From sequence record ON529853.1: DNA of 64,000 bases. One strand, given 5' to 3'. The notes beneath the pieces were generated by a model. That model was not told the origin of the DNA. It ran no database searches and saw nothing but the letters and a program-made list of their open reading frames with translations. A program made the translations under genes and the position numbers. Positions 7,121 through 15,100 of this stretch are shown piece after piece (position 1 is the first letter of the stretch; every line of letters begins with the position of its first letter).

Positions 7121-7211
7121 TGGTGAACGTGGTCGGACTCGCACCGACGATGAAGGTTGTAACCTAACGGGATTAAGAGCCCCGGCCTCTCGCTACTGAG
7201 GTGACACGTCC
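7121..7211 (-). tRNA. trnK: tRNA-Lys(CTT) with long variable arm
   Basis: CGGGG-CTCTTAA-TCCCG; T-loop TGCGAGT; CCA. Confidence 0.8.
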
Positions 7212-7249
7212 AAAACTGTTGTTCTTCTCCTGAAGACTTGATATGTGCA

Positions 7250-7320
7250 TGGAGCCGGCGGACGGTGTCGAACCGTCCCATGTCCACTACGAAAGGTCAG
7301 CCCTGCCACCAGGCGCCGGC
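7250..7320 (-). tRNA. trnT: tRNA-Thr(CGT), weak anticodon stem
   Basis: Perfect acceptor GCCGGCG/CGCCGGC; loop TTCGTAG; CCA. Confidence 0.65.
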
Positions 7321-7328
7321 GTTGTTGT

Positions 7329-7399
7329 TGGTGCCAAGGGAGGGAGTCAAACCCTCGCTGAACCCATACCAAGGGCTCGACCGATCACCCGGCCTTGGC
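7329..7399 (-). tRNA. trnT: tRNA-Thr(GGT)
   Basis: AGCCC-TTGGTAT-GGGTT; CCA. Confidence 0.8.
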
Positions 7400-7407
7400 G
7401 TTGAAGA

Positions 7408-7482
7408 TGGTCGGAACACCGGGATTCGAACCTGGGACCCCTAGCTTCCCGAGCCAGTGCGCTACCGCTGCGCTACATTCCG
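7408..7482 (-). tRNA. trnP: tRNA-Pro(GGG)
   Basis: CTGGC-TCGGGAA-GCTAG (C33); CCA. Confidence 0.88.
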
Positions 7483-7491
7483 ATTTGAAGA

Positions 7492-7568
7492 TGGTCGGCG
7501 AGGGAGGATTCGAACCTCCGATCCCTCCGACCCGAACGGAGTGACTTACCAGACTTGCCCACACGCCG
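7492..7568 (-). tRNA. trnP: tRNA-Pro(CGG)
   Basis: CTCCG-TTCGGGT-CGGAG; CCA. Confidence 0.92.
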
Positions 7569-7577
7569 ATGGAAACG

Positions 7578-7611
7578 AAAAAAGGCCCCGGAGGCTATGC
7601 GCCTGGGGCCT
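7578..7611 (-). terminator. Attenuator terminator upstream of tRNA array 2
   Basis: AGGCCCCAGGC...GCCTCCGGGGCCT followed by a T-run. Confidence 0.9.
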
Positions 7612-7682
7612 GAAACAACTGCTGTTTTGGGATTCAGCAGGTGATCGGCCCCTTAAGGGCGCCTCACCTGCGAGGACTGGAC

Positions 7683-7817
7683 TTAGGGCCAGCCTTCCAA
7701 GGAGACGCCACCGGTGGTGGGGGACTTCGGCGACAGTTTCGTCGGCGCATGCGCGAGCGTCGACAGCGCCGTGGCGGCGGTCGAAAGATGGCTCAGCTTG
7801 TGCGACAAGGTAGTCAC
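7683..7817 (-). CDS. Leader peptide of tRNA array 2, MTTLSHKLSHLSTAATALSTLAHAPTKLSPKSPTTGGVSLEGWP (44 aa, GTG start)
   Basis: Codons 2-35 encode only T/L/S/H/K/A/P, the amino acids of the downstream tRNAs. Confidence 0.85.
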   Translation of the reverse strand: MTTLSHKLSHLSTAATALSTLAHAPTKLSPKSPTTGGVSLEGWP

Positions 7818-7869
7818 GATGAAGGTCCAGTCCGAAGAAGGAGCGCGAATGCGCTGTGATGAAGTCTGA

Positions 7870-7898
7870 TCTCTACAGGAAGCTTGAGCGTATGTCAA
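7870..7898 (-). promoter_or_regulatory. sigma70-type promoter of array 2 leader
   Basis: TTGACA-N17-TAGAGA. Confidence 0.8.
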
Positions 7899-8095
7899 GA
7901 ACTTCAGCAGAAAAAGTTGGTAGAGGGGCTGATCGCGCTTGTCGAGCGACCCTCTCGAAACGCCTTGTGCCAGGATCGGCGGCGATCGTCAACAGGGAAA
8001 ATGCACGCGCGCGGCCGAGGGGGAGCGGAAGACCGCGCGCGTGCCCGGCAGACCGTCGGGGGACGGGGCCTGGGTCGTCGGGGGACGGGGAGGGG

Positions 8096-8332
8096 TCAGC
8101 CGGCGCGGCGCTTGAGCGTCTCGTGCAGCGGCGGATAGGGGACCGGGCCGTAGATCACCTCGACGAGGCGAGGGCGGCGGCCGGTGCGGATTTTGGAAGG
8201 CAGGGGCACGTTGCGGCGCCGCAGTTCGGCGGCGGCGGCGGCGCTCGCCAGGGAGCCTGACAGGTAGACGCCGATCAGTTCGGCGACCGTCAGGGTCATC
8301 ATGCGCTGGGCGCGGGTGGTGTTGTGAGCCAC
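8096..8332 (-). CDS. Hypothetical protein
   Basis: GGAGA RBS; downstream terminator-like hairpin at ~8000-8045. Confidence 0.65.
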   Translation of the reverse strand: MAHNTTRAQRMMTLTVAELIGVYLSGSLASAAAAAELRRRNVPLPSKIRTGRRPRLVEVIYGPVPYPPLHETLKRRAG

Positions 8333-8430
8333 GAGGGTCTCTCCATCTGGATGTGATCCAGGCGGGAGACGCGGTTTCGCGCTGGGTGACCGGTGTGGTC
8401 CCCGTCCTGGAAATTACCAGATGCGAGAGT

Positions 8431-8622
8431 TTAGTCGGAGGGCTTGGCCCCGAAGACCGAGGCGATCGCCGTCAAAGCCTTCTTGACCCGGTTGGGTCGC
8501 TGGGTCAGCGCCGAGGCGCAGACCTTCTTGATTTCGTCGAGGGTGAGCGAGGCCGGGTCACGCAGGCCGCGCGCGGCGATCGAGCCGACGCTGGCGGAGG
8601 TGACTTCGGGGGTGGTGCTCAT
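8431..8622 (-). CDS. Hypothetical protein (63 aa)
   Basis: GAGG RBS directly after tRNA-Asp. Confidence 0.65.
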   Translation of the reverse strand: MSTTPEVTSASVGSIAARGLRDPASLTLDEIKKVCASALTQRPNRVKKALTAIASVFGAKPSD

Positions 8623-8633
8623 GGAAAAACCTC

Positions 8634-8708
8634 TGGCGAGTCCAAGGGGAGTTGAACCCCTCTCTCCACCGTGACAGGGTGGTGTCCTAACCGATAGACG
8701 ATGGACCC
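8634..8708 (-). tRNA. trnD: tRNA-Asp(GTC)
   Basis: CCACC-CTGTCAC-GGTGG; CCA. Confidence 0.93.
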
Positions 8709-8739
8709 GTATCAGAGGGTCGATCCGCAGGAAGATGCT

Positions 8740-8817
8740 TGGAAGGGCGCCGGAGACTCGAACTCCGCTCACTTGGTTGAAAGCCAAGTATCCTGCAAAC
8801 CGCTAGACGAGCGCCCC
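8740..8817 (-). tRNA. trnE: tRNA-Glu(TTC)
   Basis: CTTGG-CTTTCAA-CCAAG; CCA. Confidence 0.92.
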
Positions 8818-8913
8818 ATAAAGCACAGGGCGTCGAACACGAGAGCCGCGATTAGGCGGCGGTCGTATCTCGGCCCTGGAAGGCCTCTCGTTCGTAGCTG
8901 GTCAGACGGTAGG

Positions 8914-9129
8914 TCATTTGGTGCTTGTAACAGAACTGTCGGTGGGTGTCAAGAAGGACGGCGAATCTTTTTTGGCCTTTCGGGCGGGACGATCTTCCTC
9001 GCCCTCAGGCTCGGCCGCGTCCCAGCCCATCCACAGGGCCGCGAGAAAGGCAGGCGGACCCATCAGGGCTTCCAACCGCTTCAAGGCCCGGTCGTTGGCC
9101 GCCAGGAAGGCGTCGCCGTATTCAAGCAT
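8914..9129 (-). CDS. Hypothetical protein (71 aa)
   Basis: GAGGT RBS before ATG at 9129. Confidence 0.55.
   Translation of the reverse strand: MLEYGDAFLAANDRALKRLEALMGPPAFLAALWMGWDAAEPEGEEDRPARKAKKDSPSFLTPTDSSVTSTK
8924..8952 (-). promoter_or_regulatory. Promoter for the Glu/Asp tRNA pair
   Basis: TTGACA-N17-TACAAG. Confidence 0.7.
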
Positions 9130-9269
9130 GGAACCTCGGAGGATACAGGGACAGGCTTCAATGGGCGGCGTTTGACCGCGCCCATCTCGGCGGTAGCAGC
9201 GCACCAGCCCTGCTCGGCTGGCCCCGCCCCTCGTTCCGGCATGTGCCAGGATCGACGGCAAAGGTCAAG

Positions 9270-9577
9270 GGGGGAATTGCGGTGGGTACAGCTTCAACCG
9301 GCCTTGCGGCCTGCGGGTCTTTCGGGCGTCCTGCCCACCGCGCCTACTACGACGCCTTTTTCGGCCCCGGCGCGCCGGAGAAGAAAAATCGACGGGTGAC
9401 CGCTACCGGCCTCGCCTGCTGGCCCGTCCCAGCGCCTGACCTTCTCGACGCGACGCCCTTGTGGGCGTTATGGCCTTCCCGTCCGAAGACAGACGCCGCG
9501 AAGGGTCAGCGGGACCGCATGATCGTCAGCCGCACGGCCAGCGCAGCGAGAGGTTCAGAGGCCTGTCCCGGAAAGAG
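9270..9577 (-). ncRNA. Unknown structured RNA directly downstream of tRNA-Gly
   Basis: Two multibranch domains with long closing stems and UUCG/GAAA/GCAA tetraloops; no credible ORF. Confidence 0.6.
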
Positions 9578-9652
9578 TGGAGCGACTGGTCGGAATCGAA
9601 CCGACGTCCCCAGGTTGGAAGCCTGGTGCTAAGGCCCCTCAGCTACAGTCGC
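9578..9652 (-). tRNA. trnG: tRNA-Gly(TCC)
   Basis: CCAGG-CTTCCAA-CCTGG; U73; CCA. Confidence 0.93.
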
Positions 9653-9666
9653 AGTATAAAACAAGG

Positions 9667-9742
9667 TGGAGCGACTCTCGGGACTCGAACCCGACCCTGC
9701 GCGTTGGCAACGCGTTGTACCCACCCATAATACGTGAGTCGC
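9667..9742 (-). tRNA. trnG: tRNA-Gly(GCC)
   Basis: ACGCG-TTGCCAA-CGCGC; CCA. Confidence 0.9.
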
Positions 9743-9754
9743 ATGGTTAATAAA

Positions 9755-9836
9755 TGGCACGGGTGGAGGGATTCGAACCCCCGACATATGCTGGTTTTGG
9801 AGACCAGTGCCTTGAGCCAGACTTGGCGACACCCGT
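9755..9836 (-). tRNA. trnW: tRNA-Trp(CCA)
   Basis: CTGGT-CTCCAAA-ACCAG; CCA. Confidence 0.92.
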
Positions 9837-9849
9837 GTAAACTTGAAGG

Positions 9850-10374
9850 CTACTTGTAGCGCTCTTGGAGGAACTTGACAACCCGCTGCGGCGTACTTTC
9901 GTCTGCGGTGGTCCGGAAATCGATCCGGTCCCCCAACAGCGCCAGCAGTTTCTTGTCCACCTCCAGGGCCTCCCTCTCGTTGTGGTGGCGGCCGTAGGTC
10001 TGATAGGCGGACGCCGGTCGATCGAGCCAGACGTTGACGTTCTCGTAGGAATCAAAGAGGTCGAAGACCTCCTGGTGGAACTCCGGCTGGGCGTAGTCGC
10101 CCTGGCCGTAGATGCAGCCCAGCAGCAAGGGGCTGTCGGTCAGAATCCAGTCGACGTGCCCGAGAAACCGTTTCAGCCGCGACGCCTGCTTCCAGGTGAC
10201 GCGCCGTTGATCCGCCAGGGTCGCCCAGTCCTTAGAGACAGAACGCTCAGTGGCGTATTCCTCGACCTGGGCGGCGCGGTAGCCGCCGATCTTCATGTGA
10301 AAGAAGGTGCCGGCCTTGACCGTCGACTTTCCGCCGCACGGGCCGGACCAGAAGTTCAGGACACGCGTCGTCAT
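9850..10374 (-). CDS. P-loop NTPase/kinase (NadR/AAA_28-like)
   Basis: N-terminal SGPCGGKST Walker A; ILTDSPLL. Confidence 0.8.
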   Translation of the reverse strand: MTTRVLNFWSGPCGGKSTVKAGTFFHMKIGGYRAAQVEEYATERSVSKDWATLADQRRVTWKQASRLKRFLGHVDWILTDSPLLLGCIYGQGDYAQPEFHQEVFDLFDSYENVNVWLDRPASAYQTYGRHHNEREALEVDKKLLALLGDRIDFRTTADESTPQRVVKFLQERYK

Positions 10375-10445
10375 TCAGCAAACGGACTTTCAACCGGCTG
10401 GCAGGATTCAGGTTTTGCGGGGGTGGCGCAGTGCGCCGGCAGGTC

Positions 10446-10745
10446 TTAGCTGCGCCAGCTTCCGTCGGCGTCGTCAACGACGTCCGTGGAATCCAGGTCG
10501 GCTTCGACCGTCCGGCGCTGTCGACCTCGGCCGCGTCCGCGCGGCGCCTCTTCAGCATCCTCGGGCTCGGCCAAGACGATGAGGGCCTCGACATCGTCGA
10601 CGACGATCTCAACCGGAGCGACGACTTCGACGCGAGTCCAGGGCGTGCGCGACCAGCCGTGCTCAAGCACGAGGTTGCTCGCCTTCGCCGTGGGAACGTC
10701 GAAGGGCTCGCAAGTTTCCGGATGATAAACGCGCTCGGTAGCCAT
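10446..10745 (-). CDS. Hypothetical protein, N-terminus resembles 26276-26824 product
   Basis: VYHPETCEPFDV...NLVLEHGWS vs IYDPNGNPEKH...DLVVGAGYT. Confidence 0.7.
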   Translation of the reverse strand: MATERVYHPETCEPFDVPTAKASNLVLEHGWSRTPWTRVEVVAPVEIVVDDVEALIVLAEPEDAEEAPRGRGRGRQRRTVEADLDSTDVVDDADGSWRS

Positions 10746-10790
10746 AGTGAGGGACCTTATACGAACTGCACGCGATTGTCAATTATTACG

Positions 10791-11576
10791 TCAATCGAGC
10801 GCCCATCGGAACCATACGGCCTTCTTCTCTCCCGGCGTTTCCGCGTATTCAGCCTCCACGGGCGTGACGAAGTCGTTGAGGAAGGCGCCGTTCAGAAAAT
10901 CGCCCGTCGCCCGATGGCCGAGGATGAAGCGCGGGGGTCCGCCAGGTCCGTAGGTGTCGAACCCTTGACCGATGCGTCCGCCCGCAAGGCGTCGAACCGT
11001 ACACGCGGCCTGGGTCCAGAGGTAGGCGCGGTAGCGGCCGCGCCGCAGGCGCGTGTTGAGCGCCAGGCGCAACATGGACCCGACAGGCGGGGCTGCCTCA
11101 ATGTGGGAGAAGACGAGTTGATCGGCGGCGTCATACAGGCCGATCCGCACCGCGCCGGCGCCGGCAGTCACCCAGACGCCGGCTTCGACCAGGCGAATCG
11201 TATCCGAGGCGACGTAGAAATCTTCAAACAGAATGGTTTCGGGCGGCAGGTCGACATCTTCCGGAGCCCCGTCCAAGGCCAGGCCAGGAACGGCGAACCC
11301 GCCCGGCGGCAAGTCTACCGCCACGACCCCGTCGACGACCGCCAGCGGCGCGAGGTCCGGGTCCCAAACCAGGACGCCGGCCTTGCGCGTCAGGGGCGCG
11401 CCTTGCGGTCCTGCCGCCGGGGCGACGCCGGAGACGGCGGCCGGCAGGTGGATGGATTCAGGGCGTCCCTCGACGCGAATGTGCAGCGTCCGGTCAGCCG
11501 TGTTGTGCCCGACCTGACCCGGCAGCAGATGCGGGCGCGCCTTCGGCGTGGAGGAGTGTTTGTTCTGGACCGCCAT
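10791..11576 (-). CDS. Putative virion fibre-associated protein
   Basis: In structural operon; fibre-type LPGQVGHNTADRTL motif. Confidence 0.65.
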   Translation of the reverse strand: MAVQNKHSSTPKARPHLLPGQVGHNTADRTLHIRVEGRPESIHLPAAVSGVAPAAGPQGAPLTRKAGVLVWDPDLAPLAVVDGVVAVDLPPGGFAVPGLALDGAPEDVDLPPETILFEDFYVASDTIRLVEAGVWVTAGAGAVRIGLYDAADQLVFSHIEAAPPVGSMLRLALNTRLRRGRYRAYLWTQAACTVRRLAGGRIGQGFDTYGPGGPPRFILGHRATGDFLNGAFLNDFVTPVEAEYAETPGEKKAVWFRWALD

Positions 11577-12190
11577 CAGAGGAACCGCAGGGAAACGACA
11601 TGGTGTTGAGGGGTAGGGGACCAGGGAGACACCGTCCGCACCTGCTCCACGATCATGTTCGACGTCGTCGGCGTGGTCTCGATCGTGTAATGCCCCGGCG
11701 CCAACGAGAGATCAAAACCAGGCTCCAACGTGAGGACGCCATTGATGGCGAAGGCGTGCGTTACGATCATGACGCCTTTTGCATCGAGAAGGCGGGCCGT
11801 CAGCGTGCCCGTCCCGCCTGCGCCGCGCACCCGCATCGCGATCAACTGGGCCGGCTCCAGCAGAGTGATCGAAGCGGTCCGCACCACGGAGCCGAACGGG
11901 AGCAGGCTCACTTCCAGGGGCGCACATCCGGGCAGAACCCACAGCTTGCGATCCATGGGTCGGCCGCCGCCGCCGGCCTGTAGCGGCCCGTGCACGACGC
12001 CGCCCTCCGTCATCAGGCGGACGTCGTCGCCGCCGAGCGTGCGTTCGGGCAGCAGGGGCACGTCCATATCGAACGCATCCGTCCCGACGCCCAGGATGCG
12101 GGCCGCCGGATCGAGCGTCAGTTCGCCCGGCGCGCGCGGCTGGGGCGGGTTGGCCTCATAGGGCGTCAGGTAAATGGTGTCAGGCATCAG
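11576..12190 (-). CDS. Putative virion structural protein
   Basis: ATGA-coupled; PGELTLDPAARIL motif. Confidence 0.65.
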   Translation of the reverse strand: MMPDTIYLTPYEANPPQPRAPGELTLDPAARILGVGTDAFDMDVPLLPERTLGGDDVRLMTEGGVVHGPLQAGGGGRPMDRKLWVLPGCAPLEVSLLPFGSVVRTASITLLEPAQLIAMRVRGAGGTGTLTARLLDAKGVMIVTHAFAINGVLTLEPGFDLSLAPGHYTIETTPTTSNMIVEQVRTVSPWSPTPQHHVVSLRFL

Positions 12191-15100
12191 GCGGTCGCCC
12201 ATACATAGGCCACGGCCAACGCCTCTCGGGCGCTTGGCGCGGGCGCGTCCAGCAGGTTGCCCGTATCGGGCGCGGAAAGGTCACCCACCAACGCCATATC
12301 CGAGGCGCGGGATTGCGGGACGCGGCGCGTCGTCAGGACGGGCGCGACGCCCGTGACGGCGATCATCGCCGCGTGCCAGCCGGCCGAGAGCGTCACAGCC
12401 TGTTCGACCGGCTTAGGTCCGACCGCTCCGGCGGCGGATACCTGGACGCTCAGGGCGACATCACCCGGCGTCTGGGTCGCCGGGTCCCATTGACAGACGC
12501 CGAACCGGATCGTTCCGGCGGACGCCACGGCGGTGGTGACGCCGAAGCGACTGAAGCGGGTCTGACGCGGCAGGAAGAACGGTCGGTAGACCACCTTGCC
12601 GACCGGCGGCTGGTCCGCCGAAGCGTCCAGGCCGCAGTCCGTCAGGTAATGATCCCCGGCGCGGGCCGGCAACAGAACAGGCGCGTCGTACACCGGCGCT
12701 GGTGAGCGCCACGTTCCATCCGCGTAAAGGATGTCCCCCGGCGCGCCGCCTTCGGGAGCCACGCCGCCACGCGCGATCCGCCCGAGCGGGCGCGACTGCA
12801 TCGTACCGCTCTGGTCGGTGGCGAAGAGGAGACCGTCGGTTTCGTTCAGGGCGATTTCCAGGGGCTCAAGCGCGACGGGCACATTGCCCTGCACCAGAGT
12901 GCGTTTATAGCGGATCACCACGCCGCCCGATCCCGAAACGAGCACGCCGTCTCCGTCTTCGACGTAGCCTTCCGGCGGCTGGAGGTAGAGCGTCGGCAAG
13001 GCGCCGGTGGCCGAGGTGCCGCCGGAGCCTTCCGATTCAGGCGGCGACACCAGGATGACGGAATCGCTCAGGTCGCCGTCCACGACCGCCGCCGTCAGTT
13101 CGGCGGCGAAGCCGCGCGGCGGGTTCACATAGATGCGGTCGAAGTAGTTGATGCGGACCAAAGCATTCCGGCTAAACGCCGCCTGGGGCGTGCCGACCAG
13201 AATGAGACCCAGATCACGCGAAACGCTCGCCGTCACCTCGATCAGCGGATCGCCGCTCATGCCGACACGGATCGTTGCGAAAGGCCCGCCCGCCTGCCCG
13301 TTACTGACGATGGCGTTCGCCGCGCCCGTCGCGTCACCCACGGCGAACGCGATCGAGATGTCGTTGTCGAACGGCGCCGTCGTATAGGTGACCGGCAGTT
13401 CGCCCAGACCATCGAGCGTGGTGATCTGAATCGGTCCGCCGAAATCAACGGAGGCCGTTTCATTCGGTCCGCGCAGTTCGCCTTGCGGCGCTTCGGTCCG
13501 CACGATCCAGATGAATTGTTGTCCCGGCGTCGGTTTCCAGCCGGCGCTGCCCTCGGCGAACCCGTCCGGCGGGGTCAGGGAGACCACGCTGTCGACCTCG
13601 CCCACCCACATGTCAGCGACACCCATCTCGCCTTCGATCGGCGAGAGGCTGATTTCCAGCGGGTCGAACATCTCGAACCCGGCGCCAAGGATGTAGTTCA
13701 TCGGCTGGAGCGTGACCGCCAGGGTCTCCTCCAACTTGATATTGGCCCCGGCCTCCAGGTCCACGGTCGGCGGGAAGGGGTAGTAGAGGTCCTCGCCCAA
13801 GCCCGTCACGACGACGGCGTCCGTCTGCGGCTGGCCGCCCAGGTCGCCGGAGACGTAGATGGTGGGCAGGTAGGCGCCGATGCCGCCCTGAGCGGTGGCC
13901 TGCGGGTCCATCATGAGGATGGTTTCGCCCAGGTCCCCCGAGCCTTGAGCGCCCATGGAGATGGCGCCCACAGGGGGAACCACAGTGACTACAGGCAGAG
14001 AACCTGAGGCGTTCGCAGCTTTCGAGCCCTCGCCGGCGCCGACCGTCGAGGTCACCTGGACCGTGCCGATGGACGTGATATTGACCAGCGCCGGAATCGA
14101 CAGGCCGCCCTCGAAGACCGACAGGGCCGCCAGGCCAGGTCCGCCCGCAAACGCCGGTTCCACGAAGAAGTTGGGCGTGCCGCCCACGGCGGTGCCCGGC
14201 AGATAGGAAGGATGGTCGGCCCCCGCCGGCGTGCCCGTCGTCGACGTCTGCGTGACGCCGTCCGTCAGCAGTTCCCCGAGGAAGGCCGAGCCGCCGCCGG
14301 CCGCTCCGGACGCCGTGCCATTGTTGCCTGCCGCGCCGCCGCCGCCATAATAGCCGCCGCCGCCGCCCGCCCCGGAGGCGACGCCGCCTGAGCCGCCCGC
14401 ACCGCCTTCGCTGGCTTCCAGCGGGAAACCGTCGCCGCCGCGCAGATAGGCGCCGTTGCCGTTGCCGCCGGTGTTGGTCGCGCCGACGCCGCCTGCGGTC
14501 TGGCTGCCCCCGGCGCCCGCGTACACGGTGCCGCCGAGGCCGGCGCCGCCGCTCAGGCCGCCGCCGAAGCCGCCGGGACGGGCCGCTACGCCCGCGCCGC
14601 CGCCGCCGCCGCCCGCAATCGCCACCAGCACGCCGTTGCGCCAGACACGGGTCGAGCCGCCGCCGGCCCCCATGGCGTAGCTGCCCGCCCCGCCGCCGCC
14701 GCCGTCAGGCCAGCCGCCGTAAGCGCCCATGAAGTCCCTGGGCGTTGCGCCGCCCTGGCCCACTTCGAACCGCAGGTGGTCGCCAGACTGGAACAGGACG
14801 ACACCGGACAGCAGGCCGCCAGCGCCGCCCAGCGAGGTGCGGGCGATCGTATTGTTGACGAGTTGCGAGGCCGAACCGCCGCCGCCCCACAAGGTGAGAT
14901 TGACGCCCCCCTCGAAGGTCGTGATGTAGTCACGAGAGCCTTGGCGGTCTCCCGGCAGGAGGGTCTCGCCGAGCGTCAGCGGGGCCAGAGCCGCGCCGGG
15001 CGCGAACTCCATAACTGCGCGGCCGTCACCGCCTGGAAGGATGGTGGCCTTCAGCGCCTGCGCGCCGCCAACGCCCACACCGGCGACGTAGTCGACGTCG

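Noticed and set aside
761-7444. ORF-track calls overlapping tRNA genes
   Set aside because: Translations of tRNA sequence
9540-9577. HDV-like/theta ribozyme (CCUCUCGCUG resembles the HDV L3/P3 region)
   Set aside because: Could not build P1, P2 and P3 pairings by hand; left as unknown structured RNA
364-9836. Suppressor tRNA or stop-codon recoding
   Set aside because: No CTA/TTA/TCA anticodon found; genes use all three stops normally
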